Source of the DNA: Diadema antillarum
Lineage: Eukaryota
Length of the DNA stretch: 64,000 bases
Assembly (NCBI RefSeq): GCF_040938485.1
Contig: NW_027270937.1
Span: 1,364,001-1,428,000, forward strand
Direction of reading: 5' to 3'
Below are positions 1 to 15,400 of this stretch, in pieces. Position 1 is the stretch's first letter; each line of letters begins with the position of its first letter. The translations under genes were made by a program, and so were the position numbers. The notes under the pieces were generated by a model that was given only the letters and a program-made list of their open reading frames with translations, searched no databases and was not told the DNA's origin.

Positions 1-474
1 AGATTTTCATACTCTGCCCAAAAACCCACTTTCCAGACATTTTGGTAATTCAAATGCATTGAAATGCTCACAGTTTAGTGCACTTCAGACTCTCCTTCGT
101 AAGTTTCAGATTAATTAAGGTGTTTTTGTTTTTTTCCTGCAAGTCTTGTCACACACCTGTGCTACGATGGCTGTGTCATATAATGCCATTGTATAAGAGC
201 GTGCATGATTCTTAGTTGCAGTACTCAAAAGGGAATACTTCTGTATGGAGATGTGATGTAGAATGGAGGTGTAGTCTTAGTACAAGTTACATTCTGATAT
301 TAATTTTAGTAGAATCCATTTGAATTCAAGATATACATCATGTTAAAGCTTAAATTATGCTCTTTTAGAATCAGCTCTTAACTAAAAATTCATATCTGAA
401 GACTTTTTTATTGGTTCTGTGATGCAGTGTCACATATTGTAATCAAATCTTTTACCTTAACTAAACACTCTCAG

Positions 475-518
475 ATACATTTTGTCAGTCTTTGCAGCTG
501 GAAGTGTTGTATTCACAG
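475..518 (+). CDS. MED14: MED14 exon (TFCQSLQLEVLYSQ)
   Basis: ctctcag|AT...CAG|gtgaga; matches MED14 HSFCLSLQLEVLHSQ. Confidence 0.9.
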
Positions 519-3500
519 GTGAGAAAAGGAAAGAACTTTCGAAGAGCAGACAAAACTGATGTGAGCTGCATGTGCTATCTTGTCTGTTTACAATATTGTA
601 ACATCTATTTTGACTTAAGAGCCAACATATGATGGAGAAGTGTTGGATCTAAGCATGGACCATCCATGGATCCAAGCATGTTGCATGGAAATTGATGCAG
701 CCATTGTTTAGATGGAACATATTTTATGTTTCTACATTTTAAGAGAGAAAAAAATAATGTCCTGTTTAACAAAAAACTTTTTAATTTTCATGAGGTCACT
801 CAAAGCAGTACTCTTGAAAGTCTCTGCATTATAGATTTCAAAAGGTTTTCAGTATTTTTATGCCTTCGCCACGTAGTGGTGCCGGAGGCATTATGTTTTC
901 GGGTTGTCCGTCCGTCCGTCCGTCCGTCGTAGCGTCCGTCCGTCCTTCCCTCCGTCCGTCCGTCCGTCTTTCCGTCCGTCCGTAATGAATTTTGTGGACA
1001 AGGTAACTATCAAAACCTGTTGAGGTATCCCAATGAAACTTGGCATGTATGTGTATTAGGGGGTGAAGTTGTGCCTATCAACTTTTGGGTACACGTGCTG
1101 AAGGTCAAAGGTCAAAAGGTCAAGGTCAAATACATAAAATTTCACTATTTCCACCATATCTATGCAATGCCTGAAGATATTTTCTTGAAACTTAGTGTAT
1201 ACATGTATTACCCAATTTAGATTCTCTTGTGAAAGTTTGGGTCATGAGGTCAAAGGTCAAAGGTCAAAAGGTCGAGTAAAAGTATTAAAACATTTTTTTT
1301 TTCTATGTAAATTGGAAAATTGTTCAAGGTATCTTCATGGAACATATAGTATATACATGTACTGACTGGCAGTGATTATCTAGAGAATGTAGGGTTCATG
1401 GGGTCAAAGGTCAAGTGCAACACTTCAAAATTTTACTATTTCCCTCATGTTCATGCAATGCCAGCAGGATTATTATTTTTTTTTTACACTTGGTGTGTGC
1501 ATGTGTAACCTAATAGAAATTCTCTGGAGAGTTTCTTTTTCTTTTTCTTTTTCTTTTTTGCCTCAAAGGTCAAAAGGTCAAAGATCAAGTGAAAGTGCTG
1601 AACTAACTTTTTCCTCCATATCTCGGAAGTGGCTCAATTTATCGTGAAACTTACTGCATATTTATGCATGTTCTACCTGAAAGTGATTATCTTATGAATT
1701 TTAGGGTCAAAGGCCAGATGAACATGGTAACAATTTACTATTCAGTACAGAAATTGCACTTTTTCTCCATACCGGTACCATGAAAATTACTCAATGCATA
1801 AATGTACGAATGGGTCAAAGTGAAGTTAAAGTCCTTAAATCCCCAAATGCATGCTCTCCTTTTCATCCAATTAAACCAAGGTCAAGGAAGGTCAACATTC
1901 AACACATTTGTGACAAACCTGTCATTTCAATATTTTGCCAGTTTTGTGAAAATGTAATCACACATTGTCCACATGTACTATCTAGACCTATTAGGAGAAT
2001 CATGCATTATGGCGGAGGCATACCAGTCGCCATAGCGACATTTCTAGTTCATTATTGGCTCTGAAACTGTCTTTGCATAACTTTTTTTTTTTTTATTTTA
2101 AAGATTGCATCACTAGATCCATATAAATCTAATCTGCAAACTGTATTTACTTAAGTCTAACTGTGCACATCATCATGGAAATCACTTTCTATTGGTGTTG
2201 TTGACAAAAGTTTTCTTGTGATTTGTCACAGGTCCAGCGTCTGATCACGGAGAGATGGGGGGAGCATGTGATGATTGACAAATACACGGCTGGAGAAAGA
2301 CTCGTCATCTCATATTGGAGGTAAAACTTTCAAGAGTTGGGTGATAGGGGGCAGATGCTTAAAAAGGATGTAAGTAGCAGTGGTAGTGGTCGTGGTAGCG
2401 GTAGTGAAAGTGGTAGTGGTCGTGGTAGCGGTAGTGAAAGTGGTATTGGTAGCAGTAGTGGTGGTTGTAGTAGTGGTAGTGGAAGTGGTAATTGTAGCTG
2501 TAGTGGTAATTGTAGCTCTAGTGTTAGAGGTAGCGGTAGTGGTGGTAGTAGTGGTAGCAGTAGTGGTGGTGTTAGTGGTAGTGGTGATGATGTTGGTAGT
2601 GATGCTTGTTTTGGTGTGGGTAGTAGTGTTGTTGGTTGCGGCAATAGTGGTAGTGTTGGTGGTAGTGATGGTGGCATTAGTGGTGTTGGTGATAGTGCTG
2701 ATGAATGTGATAGTGGTGTTGGCGAAATATCCCAGAGGAAGATACAATTGTACCCTCTAATGTTGCTTCTGTCTGATATGTCAAAGACTCCACAAAAAAG
2801 TCTCATAGGGCAACTCCCTGGTGGGTCTGAAAATATCTGTTTTGAGTCAGCCTTTTCAAATGACAAGGTAACATTTTTTCCTGAAGGAACTATCCTGCCA
2901 TGTAAAACTGAAGTTGAGAAGCATGAAATGAGGATTTAACTAAAGGTTCATGCTAGAAGTGTGGGTTACTGTCATGATGGGTATAATGATGGCATCCTGT
3001 AGAAGTAAAGTTTTTTGCCATTGGTCTATTCAAGCTCTGGCCAATTAATTGTGCATTTTTAGCAGAAGACATTGATAAAGGTGATGACAATAACGATAGA
3101 TTATGTTAGATGTATCAACAGATTTACTCTGCTTTATGAATTTACCCTCTTCATTGACTTCTTTACCCCATGGGAACAAAAAAAAATCTTTTAAAACCAT
3201 CACATTCTGTTCTTGATTATAATCATTTGCTAGTGGCTTTGTAACCTGCCTATCCTTCCTTCAAACTCTCCTCCCCCTCCAAGATCCCAGAGTTTACATA
3301 CGTCCAAGCAGCCAGAGTTTTACAAACTCTCGGTGACGATAGATGACGATGATGTGGCCAAGCCGCTCCAGGTCTTGCACGACCCCCCTCTGGAAATGGT
3401 GGACGCCAAGCAAGTCAACCAGGCCATCAGGGTAAGATGAGACTTTCACGTTCTGGCCTATCCATTTGTCTGCTTACACAGTCTTCCCAGCCCACAAGTA

Positions 3501-6500
3501 CCTCATCCATTGTCACCATGTGTATTAAAAAAAAAAGAAAGACAGGAAAAAAAAAAAAAAGAGTTCAGTTGCATTATGCCCTGATTGATTAGGAACTTAG
3601 TCCCACCTATGCATATCTGTGTCTGCAGTTCGGGGAATTTTTGAGTAGCTTCAAGAGGCGAAATATTCAGCCAAGTATTTGGGTAATTGCACTCATGTGA
3701 ATGCCCTCAAAGGCTGCAAATATGATTTCATTTGGGTGACCTCAAACTGTTTTAGGTGTTTAATCAACTGCTGTGTTGGTTTTTGCAAGCAGATGGCAAA
3801 AACTCCTTTAGCCCCAAATGTGCTGTTCATTATATGACAAGCTGTTCTGCTTGCTTTTTTTCAGCCAGGTACATTAAAGTGGTAAAATTATCAAATTGTA
3901 TGAACAAGGTACATTCAGCTGTGAATCTATCAAACTGAATGCTCCCAAATATCACCGTATATTCTTTCCTTCCTTCCTTCTGTTCACAGTGTGATCATCT
4001 GGCTGTGGAAAGGCTCCTTGTTGAGACTGTCTTGGTTCGTTCAAGAATGAAACTCATGGTGAGTGTCCTGGCAAGGGTGCTAAAGACTCGAGCAATATTC
4101 CTGATGAAAGACTGGTCACTAATGGCCGTCTAAGGGACTTTTTTTTTTTACCTCCAGTACTTGTGGTAAAAGAGATGCAAGTACAAGATATTTAGTGACA
4201 AGTGTTGCCAAATTAGGATAGATATGGATGTAATGTAGTGTAGACTGTTTAAGAATTTGAATGGGAATCATTTGATTTAACAGTATGTGGAATATGTAGA
4301 GAAGTTTCAAGTGTCTCAGCTGCTAGTATTAAAAGAGTAAACTCTGCCCTGCAGTCAAGTTGACTTTAATGAGAAGAATGAGGTCAAACAAACAGAATGG
4401 TGAAGTTTTGATGGAACTCAGACTAAAGATTAATACAAAGAAATAGTGATGTTGATCCCAATCCATTTGCATATCAGACAAGGGGGAAACATAACTCTTC
4501 CTTGGTTTGTATAATTATGCTCTCATGAAAATATGATTAAATCATTTGTTTTGTCGATAATGCAGTAATTACCATAGAATTCCCTTTCCCTTTACGTCAT
4601 CATTTGCCAAATCCTGTTAGCTTTGGAACTATTTGATGTGAGGGATGAAAGGTCTTTATTGAATTTATGTCAGAAAAAGATATGTGTAGGGATTTGTGTG
4701 TAATTAAATGAAAAACTCTGAGGGTGTGACATCATCATGATTTTGTTCATCACGATTTTGTTCTGTTTTTCAAAGCTCATTCATTAATGGAGTGGATTTT
4801 CACTTGAATAGTTTGGAGTTAAAGGATATGAAACACCAAACTCATTTCATTTTCTGTTTGTCTGTTTTGTGCAGGAGCTTCAAGGACAACTCGAAAAAGA
4901 TCTGCCTGGGTACAAATGTAAGTGTGTGCTTTCAGAAAGAAAAATAGTGTGCCTCGGAAAATTTTGATCCCCTGTGCAAGCTTAAAATCCATTTGCTTAG
5001 GTGGTAGTTTGGGCAGAAACACAGAACAGTTCTGTCTGAAGTGTGCAAATGTATGAAATGTTCCAAGGCACAGGGATTGAGTATGCTAGATAAATATGCA
5101 AAGTTCCTAGAGCACCTTGCAAATTGTCTATTCATTTTGGGGGACATGCAAGTGCATTGCTGCTCAGGTAAAGGCATTGTAATGAGTCAAACATTAGGCA
5201 ACTTTAATCAATGCCCTGTGACTTTAAAGGGACTGTACAGTACTGGTTGAGGTGGGGATTCATGTTTTGAACATTCCTAAGTGAGACAATGAGAAACCTC
5301 TCATGAAATATGAAAGAGCATGTAATTTTAAGAAGGGTTCAATGTTTATTTGATGAAAATTGGTTTTCAAATGCCTGAGATATCCAAAAAAGTGATAATA
5401 ATAAAAGGCAACAGGCCACGCCTTTTATTAGGATCTCTTTCTTTCACCTTGCTTTTGGATATTTCAGCCATTTCAAAACCGATTTTCATCAAATAAACTT
5501 TTTGATACCCTTTAGAATTGCATGCTCTTTGACATCTCATAGAGTGGTTTCTGAATATCTCGCAAAACGTTAAAAGCTAAATCCTCACCTCAACCAGAAC
5601 TGTACACACCCTTTAAGAATTGATTTCCAGTTTGAGAAAGTGTTCAGTACAGTCTATACAACAAGAAATCTACCGTAATCAGTCCACCGAAGCAAGGATG
5701 AATGTTATGCTTAGTGATATGACAAACTAAAGCTAAAAGCTTCTTAGTTTGATTGTGTAAGATAAATTTGCGAAACTCCATATGTATGTTAAATCTTCTT
5801 TTTTTTTCTCTGTTGTTTAATTCAGGCCAAGTGTCTGGAACTCCTCCACTGCTCAAGATTCCCATAGTCAAGCCATGCAGTGATGATGAACAGCTGATTG
5901 TCTCTGTCGACATGCAGACGGGATTCTACAACCCAAGCACAGCTCACTGTGGTAAGAGTCTTGCCCTAGCTGGCTACTATAACAGTACTTGTCTTATGTA
6001 GTTTCGCACTTCAATAGGCATCGTCATACACTGTATATTGCATCCATGTCAAATTTTAGGGTCAATATTTTTGATGGAAGAAAAACGTGGGGGCATGGCG
6101 GCATAGTGGATAAGACTCTTGACTATCAATCAGCAGTTCCAGGTTCGAATCCTGTCAAGTGCTTACCTTCTTCGACAAGATTTTTTTTACCCACCATGTC
6201 CCTCTCGACCCAAATGTATAAATAGGTACCTAGCAACGCTAGGTTGTAATAATAATGGCAGGGCCCTCTTGTAGAGCAGTGGCAAGATTCAAGAGGCTAC
6301 CCTGAATAAGAAGAACGTATTATCATTATTATTCTTTTGTCTTCAGAGGAAAGTTATGCATGAAAGGGGTTTGTGATCATTGTAGAAAAATAGCAATTAC
6401 TGCAGTTTTTCAAAGCGACAGCTGAAACACATCAGATCAGTTTAAACTCTCTTGATGATGCTGTAGTGACTCAAGACTGCAAATATTGTACCTTCAAATG

Positions 6501-9400
6501 ATTGTGAATCCCTTTGTGAAATGAGCCCAGAGTAAGTTACTCTTAGATGCTATTGATGAATACTTTTCATTCCTTGAACACAGTATATATGATTTATTTT
6601 GAAAGTTACAAGTGGCTTGTGTGAAATGACAAATACTTTGTTCTCAAAGGGATTTGACTTCTGTGGAAAATAGATCCAACTTTGATACCAACAAAATGAT
6701 ACAACTACCAAAACTGTACAGTTTTGAACCACAGATGGTTTCTCAATTGAAGGAGAGGAACTTTCCGGCCAGTGGCGATACTTGTTAGCATTGACGTGAG
6801 GTATTTTTTGCAACTGTTGTCAAGCAAATCGTGATGTTGAATCTCTCATCTTTGTCAACAGAACCCTCTCTCATGGAAGAGATAGAGCAGAGCCTGAATC
6901 AGGACCAGAGCAAGTTGGAGCCACTCGTCACTAAGCTCAGGTGTGGAGGGGATGGGGTCCTTTTCAATGCAAATCGTCGGTTGAGAATGAGAAGGGCATT
7001 AAAGGTGCATAGTCCCCGTAGTGTAGAGGGCGCTGTTGATGATATTGCTGATCATCGTTACCATTGATATGAAGATTACCGAAGTTGAGCTGTCATCAAG
7101 AGTAAAGTGCGTAGGTGTTACTAAGTAACGTTGCCTTCGTTGTCTTCTCTGCACATCGCGCAATCTGTAGTAATGCCAGGGTGCGTGCATATGTGCTGCT
7201 TATTATGACATCACAAAAGAAGTTTGCTAAAGCTGTCATCCCCCTCAGCCGAATCATGAGCCGAACTGTGATCTGACCACTGACTACGGTGAATCAGACT
7301 TCTTCGGACTCGGGGAAGTGGGCCACAGCGTAAGCGCTAAAGAGGAGCCGATAGCGTAGGACTCTATAGGAAACTTTCGCCGTTTGCCCGCGTACGCATT
7401 TGACTAAAACACCGGGACCATGTGCCTTTAATTTGTCTCGAACACTATGGCTCTAGTGGCAACTTGATACCCTTAACATTCTCAGCTGACGAAATAGTTA
7501 TTAATGGGTCTATATATGCACTCAGACTTTCCTTGCACTCAGTGCTTTATAAATATGTTCACTTTATGATAACATTACCATTGGTACTGTTTGTACCAAC
7601 TTTTGTATGTGACTCTTCACCAGTCCTTTGTCCAAGTCCCCCTCCCCCCTGTTTTTTTTTTTTTTTTCTAGTGCTGAAGCATAGCTTAGTTTCTGTGAAA
7701 TTCAAGTCTAGGTCTAGGTAAGAAGTAGGATTTAAAAAAAAAAAAATCTTTTGAAGATGTTATTCATGTCACAGTTTTACTGAGTTGGAAGGAAAGCAAG
7801 AAATGTACAATCAAGACTCTAAATTATTGAAAAATACTTTGCCACACTCTATGGTTTTTGTATTATTTTGTTGCTAGTCTTGATTGCTAAACGTGGCTCA
7901 GTGTCAAGCTTTGAAATGAGTCGCAGTGAATTAACATGCGCCCATCACTGCCACCACCGTGTAGGATCATGCTGTTCCTTGGCCACTGCCGCTATTCGAT
8001 CAGCACGCTCCCAGTGACGTTCATGAAAGAGCTCCCTCTGTTGCCCATGTCGCCGGACCACCCGATAAAGCGACTGCAGCCCAACTGTGTGTACCTGCGA
8101 CTGACGCAGCACCCTCAGTACTACATGGTGAGTGTAACATGACCAAGTGATGACATGGGAATGTGAATGGACTTCTTTTTTAATTTTCCCTGAATTATGT
8201 GATTACAGTGATTACAGTGGGCATCTCACTGGCTTGGAGACTAGCTAGGGACATTGTGACTCGAGTCTCGCTGGACATGGAGTGGTAGCTGAGATATCTC
8301 TGTGACGTCTTCTGGAATCTAGCCTGGACCCCGTTTCATAAAACTTGTAGTCAATAACAAGTTACGATACTTGTTACAAGCTAATGAAATCCTTGCATCT
8401 GATTGGCTGAGAGCAAATTTGTCATAGAAATGTGGCAGTTGTTACTGATAACAAGTTTTATGAATTGGGACCCTGGTCTCCGGGGAGTAGTGAGAGAATC
8501 CAACATGTACATTTTTTTTTTTTTTTTTGACTCATTCCAAACTCCAGCTGGTTATGTCTCTGTGATGTCTCCTTAGTCATGACTAAGTCGTGGAGACTAA
8601 TTTTGTCTGCAAACTTGTGTACACTTTTGGCACTCCTGTGCATGCTAATAAGAAAACAAAGAGTGCAAACATGACTCGTGTCTGTGCTTCTGATTGGCTA
8701 CATTCTTGAACTCATTTTTACAAAGGTGGTTAGCTTTGCTATGGGCAAGGTACAAGGGGGTTTCCAGTGTCGCTACCATCTCCTTCACTGCACCCCTGTG
8801 CCCTTCAGCGAGGGCCAGTCCACGCCCCAGGGGGGCTCCACCCCTTCCAGCCAGAAGGAGAGCCCCGAGACGGCTGAGCGGTACCTCAGTCCCGACACCT
8901 TCATCGACCTGGACCACTCGGCCATCCTGCGGGGACCGGACACGAGGATTGAAAGTAGGTCCTCTCCGTGCTTGACATACATACCCTTCTCAATACCAAC
9001 ACTCTAGATGAATGAAGCTCTGTAATCGATTCTTGCATAGGTACCAATTGATGCTGAGTGACCGAAAAGGTTGTGCAACATTCTGCAATCTGTTGTAGTT
9101 GTTGAAGGTAGTGGTGTAGGTCAATGTGCGATGTGGCTATGCAGGGATATTGAATAATGATTAGATACACACTTTTTGTTTTACTCGATATTGGTGTACA
9201 TGTGTATTTTAAAGAGGCGCTGCAGTCTTTCATTTTGTACCTTCATAAAGAGCCATTTCACCTGCCAAAGGTCAATATTTGCCTTTCATTATTTCAGGAT
9301 AGGGTACCTTTTCCTTTTAAGGCTATTAACATGTTGTCAATATGCTGTGCCCCAAGATACAGTGTAACTTCTTTCATATGTTTTGAAATATTATCTCATA

Positions 9401-9446
<46 letters not shown>

Positions 9447-12400
9447 GCTGTTAATGCTCCAGTGTAACAAGGAAGCTAATCATATTTTTGCTCGAAGCTG
9501 CTTGTTGTCAGCAAAACAGAGGTCATTTATTATTTTTACGTATGTTTTAACTTGTTTTCATCCCCAGACCTTGATGTAGATGATGAAAAGAAGCGGAAGG
9601 TATGTATGGCTATGGTAATTTAATGGAAAATATGAACTGCACAGATTGCAGGGGACAAAATTGAAATTGGCAGAAAGTTGATGCTATGTATTAAGTCAAA
9701 GAGCATCAGAGTGTTCATGCAGGCAACAAATTGACCTAAAAGTCAGTCCATGGAGCGGTGTTCCTGCCTGATGCTTGTCATCCAATGTCCACTTCTGTTT
9801 GTCCATCAAAACTTCCAAAATTATTTTTTTTTGTTCTTGCAGTTATGTGATTGTAGAGTTTTTTTGGTTTGTATAATGTTTTGCAGCTTGAAATTGGTTA
9901 AAGATTTGCACCCAGTGTATGCTGGAAATTTAGAATTGAAAAATGTTCATAATCCTTTTTGCTTGACACCTTATTTGCATTCCACCTTTGTAGTGTTATT
10001 TGCCATTATACAAAACACTGTGGGTTTTTTTTTTTAATGTCTTGAGTAATGCTGAGTTTGTAACTATTACATGATATCTTGGTCTGAGTTGGTTTTGTGC
10101 AGTGGTTCTGGCTGCAAAATTTTTATGTGTGTGGTCAGTAATATTCAGTATTGAATTTCCAGAATATATAGGACTGCAACTTGTACTATTTGCCTTTTTT
10201 TAATCACATGTAATTATGCTGCTATTTGGAACAGGGCATTATCAGTTATAATCGTACCCCCTACAGAAGAGATAATTTGACATTTCTACAGATGTGAAAG
10301 ATATATTTAAACTTTAGAGGGGGTAAAATTCCCCCAGATGTTACACCAAGTAGTTATTATTAAAGCACTTTGAAGAGAAGTTATGCTTCAGGTTTTATGG
10401 CTTGAAAACAGGTTAATGGAGATCATCGATTCATTGATGATCATTGCGGGAGGGCCCCCTCTACATTGCTGGATGTGTCACATAATTTGGCTGCGTCATA
10501 CCAACAACAGCACAGTTGCCCTGGTCATTGATTGTTAGTCGATCTTATCCAAAATCATGTGATGTGCTACAAACGATCTCATGAAAGTGTGTGGGTGCAT
10601 GCAAGCGTAATGGTTGCTTCTTTTCTTTCATTGGACAGCTGCATTCGTCATTCCCGGGAATAAAGAAAAAGAAGAAGCCGTCGACCCACTGCGAGTTCTT
10701 CAACTACACCCTATCTCACGTGGTTTCTCTCTGCAACATTCGAATACCTTTTGTCAAACTCTGCGAAGAGGTCAGTCAGTCCCTGTGTTTTGCACATGTC
10801 ACGGTATTGATTGAGTCATTAAAACATCGCTGTAGCAGCCCATGTTATATTTCATTTTATCTTCGGCATGTGTGGGATCAAATGAAATGTTTTCTCATTT
10901 CACATAATACCGGCTGGATTTCATAAACCTCTACGCTGATAGAACTGAATGCACCAGACTTGCAATTTTCACACTTGACAGTTTAGGCTTGAATTTGAAA
11001 AAAAAAAAAAAGAATTGGCTCACACACAAAAGAAATATAAATGGATAAGTACTTGTTATATCACATCACAGTGAAGCTGAGATCATGTAATACAATTTTG
11101 TTTCTTTTTTTTTCTAAGAGTATTTATGCAAGGGAATGATGACAAAGAAAGTAATAGCTTTTGCACACAGATTTTACTACTATGCATTGCTCATAGTTCA
11201 TGTCCGCAAAGTTGATGGGCCAGTCTAGGGCTTCAGTGTTTGATGAAAACACTGACTTACTTTTCAAACTGATTATTTCGTGTGAACTCTATGTCTTAAA
11301 GGTCCTGTTTACCTTTGGGAGCAGTGATTTGAAAAATGTTCAAGATATAACTTTTGATGCATATGTGTAGGTCAGTTGTATCACAAAACATCCTACCATA
11401 TAGAATTTTTGCGATAAAGCCTAAACTATAAAGAGATATCACTATTTTTCTCATTAAAGCATAACTGTAGATGGTCTAGTCTGGAAACATTTTTATTATA
11501 ACTATTGTTCATATTTTGTATATTTGACAGTACTTGACATCGATTATACTGGTTCAAATTTTTACATTGGTTGTTTCTATCCCTCACTCACATTTTAGAA
11601 CTATTTTGAAGCACTAATGCTGGGTTTTTGTTTCATCTGCAAATGGTAAATTATGCCTTTAAGAAGTGCTGTGGCCGTATGTATGTACACTTATATGTCC
11701 AAGTCTGCCGGCTCCCGTACGTCCCTCAATCTGCCGGTCGGTCTCTTCTGTCTTGCAGCTGTCGCAGAACGGCCTAGCCCACCAGGGGGTGCAGGTGGAG
11801 GGGGAGGGGGTGGGGCTGGTGGTCAGGCTCTGCTCCCTGCCCCCCTGCAACAAGGTCTCGGCGGAGACCAGCCAGGCGCTACAGATGGCCCTGCTGGACT
11901 GCTCCATCCGTCTCCACCGCAACCAGCATGGCATGTGGCAGGTGCAGGTTAGTGTCAGTCCCCATTGGTGAGGGGCAAGTGTGGCAGGAAACCTAGTGCC
12001 AGCTCTGGCTGGCTGGTAAAGATCAGCATTCACTTGCAATTTGTCAAATGGATATTGAGTAAAATTCAGGTGGAGATGCAGTGATGAAAGTTACTGTGAA
12101 AATAAAAAGAAGAAGAAAAAATTGTGATCCTGCATCACAAAATCAGCAAAAAGTCGCCAGACATGGATTTTTAGTTAAGGTGGATTCTCAAAGAGCAGAC
12201 TTTAATCTTTAAACTGATGTATAACTCAATTCAAATATACACTAAACCTATGTGAAAGAAGGCACACACTCGGGGAAAAGTGTGTACTGAGAAAAGAGGC
12301 TCCAAAGTATGGGGTGTATTCAAGCACTTAATCTTACCAAACTGTGCTAGCTGTGCAATGAATGGGACAAAAAACAGGATGTAAACCACCTTAGCAACAA

Positions 12401-15400
12401 CAATGAAGGGATTATCAAACTAAGCTGAAACTGAGTATGCTCTATTAACTCATTCTGTCCTTGACTAATATCCACTTTCAAAGCAGTAGCACCATCCTTT
12501 AAAAGGTTCATAGAATTGAAAGTGAAGAGTGTGTAAAGGATTTTTAAGGAATGAAAAGGGGCCTCTAAAACATGCGTAGTTACAATATGTACACTATTCT
12601 ACAAATAAGTGTTCTAGAAACACTGCTAAAAACACAACTTCCCAAATGTTTTATGATCCCTAACTTGAAGAAAGTATGAAAAACTGCAGATTGACTTGTT
12701 ACCTCCGCCAAGGGAGGAGGTTATGATTTCGTTACCATTGGTTTCTTTGTTAGTTAGTTTGTCCATGTGCAAAATAACTCATAAGGTAGTTAACGGATTT
12801 GGATGAAACCTGCATTAAAGGTTTAGAATGATACAAGTAACAGATGATTAAATTTTGGTAGTGATCCGAGAATTTTGGGGGAATTTATGAAGGATTTTTG
12901 ATATTTTGGCAGGTAGGGTCAATGAACTTGGGAGTTCAGGCTGCGCATACATGTATTTGAGGTTTGCATGCGCACACTAAAGTCTGTGCTCTAGTTTCTG
13001 CTAGGGCGAGGTGCGCCGTGCAGCTGAGGGTTTATGACGTAACAAAGGCTTCTATATTGGGAAATCGGGCGACTTTCAGCACGCAATGCTACAATGTATA
13101 AGTACGTATGGGTGGAAATCACTGATATCCCTATGGAAGAACAAGATCAGTGGTGGAAATGAGCTGCATGCCTGGCGGAGGTCTGCGCTCTCAGAGTGCT
13201 TCTCTAGTTTGATCTGTTTCACCAACTTTGAATCCTCATGTAAGATCAGGGCGTGAGACTTTTGTTGGTTTGTGATGCACGGTCACAATTGTACATACAT
13301 TTATTGTTATGCTTAGGTTGCGTACAATCATGCAACAATGTTTAGTGGATAGTAGTTTCAGTTTCCTTGATTGCATTGAATATGATATGCATGCTGCCAT
13401 TTATGTTGAATGAGCTGAATGTACTTCAGAAAGACAAAGCAATTATTAGATTACAGTTCTTCATGGACTGCACATATGATGCGTGGAACACTTGTGGAAT
13501 CATGCGATTTAAAGAGCACTTCTTTGAGCTATTCAGCAATGATAAGTGATGGTGCTTTTCTACCCAATGTTAACCCATTGAAGACGAATCCTGGGTATAC
13601 TTGGGCAAGGGTCTATGGGAAATGCGTGCTGTAGCAAAATTAACCCGTCATTAACGGGTCAAATGTCACGTTTGTCATGCATCACTATGTTACATGTGGG
13701 GTCGGGCAGCAGGGCAGAACCATTATAGATCTATATCTGATGGTACTTGTGATCCCAGAATACAGGTTTAGCCATTTCCAAGAGTTGTAGGCTGTGTGTT
13801 CTTGAAATAAAGTAGTGTCAACAAATTTGGCTGATATTTCTGATTCAAGGCGACTGGTTGACACTTCATTGGTTAGACTAGATCAGTTGGTAACATGAAT
13901 GCTCTTTTCTCTCTCCTAATATTCCCCTCAGCTTGTGTTTGCAAACTGTCCTGTACACAGCTGTGCTGCAAAGGAACAAGGTGAGACTTACATGTAGTTA
14001 TTGGAAAAATCAACTGATGTGCAATGTCTGAAAGGGTGCTAGTTTTACTTGTAATCCATGGTAAATGCGTTATATATTATGTGTGTTTTATCTTTGGGAA
14101 TATAAAAAAGAAGTATGTTTTAGTGCACTGTTTATTGATATTTTTTCCTTATTTAAAGAAAAGAAGAATGTATTGATAACAATGAATTCCCATTGGACTT
14201 GCATGCATGTACAATTGTGTAGAGAGTGATGTATCATTTTAAAGTGATGTTTACCTCACATTTGGTATGTGATATGGTGAAATGACTGACAGAATCCTGA
14301 ATATTGCATCAGAATTTAATAATAAGCATAGGGAACCCTTTCATTCATGACTGTGCAGCTTTTTTGGAGTGATTATGAGTGATGTAAGCAGGAATTGAGA
14401 CATGCCCACTTGCCATTCTCCCTTGGTGACAGTGCTTTCTCTCAGACAAAGTAAATATGATAGTAAGCTTGTCGAGCTTGGAGACGCACACACATCTCTG
14501 AAAAGAGTGTTGTGCCTTTATGAAAAGATGATTATGAGAGTAACCCTCAGGACATAAGGACGAGATTTACAAAATGTTGATAGTATCTCTGCAGTGAAGA
14601 TAGGTGTTCCCTCGTCCCTATGTTACTCCTGTCTCTGTGTTTACTAGTACTTCATCATTTTAAAGGTGCATAGTCCCAGTAGTGTAGAGGGCGCTGTTGA
14701 TGATACTGCCGCTCACCGTTAGCATTGATACGAAGATTACCGAAGTTGAGCTGTCATCAAGAGTAAAGTGCGTAGGTGTTGCTAAGTAACGTTGCCTTCG
14801 TTGTCTTCTCTTCGCATCGCGCAGTCTGTAGTAATGCCAGGGTGCGTGCATATGTGCTTGTTATTATGACGTCACAAAAGAAGTTTGCTAAAGCTGTCAT
14901 CCCCCTCATGATCAGCCGAATCATGAGCCGAACTGTGATCCGACCACTGACTACAGTGAATTGGACTTCTTCGGACCCGGGGGGAAGTGGGCCACAGCGT
15001 AAGCGCTAAAGAGGAGCCGATAGCGTAGGTCTCTATAGGAAAATTGCGCCGTGCGCCCGTGTACGCATTTGTTTGTTTGTTTGTTTGTTTGGGTTTATTT
15101 CTGCATTTTCTTTCTCCGAATACAATTGCAAATGAAAACAAAATGATACAGATACATACAAATCAATACAAAAAAAAATCATTTGCGTAACAACATTCAG
15201 TCTGAAGTGGCATAATTATGAATCAAAATAACATATTAAGGCTTACTGTATCTAATAACAAAGGAGAAATCAATACAGGGGACCGTCATCATAAGCAGAG
15301 CTTGACGTGGATGAGGCCCTATCTGAATATGTGATACCAATGTAATACAACACCAATTATATATGTACTCATAAAACTCTTAATCTTAATACACAAAACA

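Noticed and set aside
726-2064. Short ORFs repeated at 36684-37955
   Set aside because: They lie in the HINE-A element and its (GTCC)n tract; the repetition reflects transposon copies, not a gene family.
2310-2939. Overlapping Gly/Ser-, Val-, Thr- and Pro/Leu-rich ORFs (126-200 aa)
   Set aside because: Artefacts of a stop-free GGT/AGT triplet tract inside a MED14 intron; open in several frames, with no recognisable domain.
6088-6160. tRNA-like sequence
   Set aside because: No complete cloverleaf or acceptor stem; continues into a SINE body and tail.
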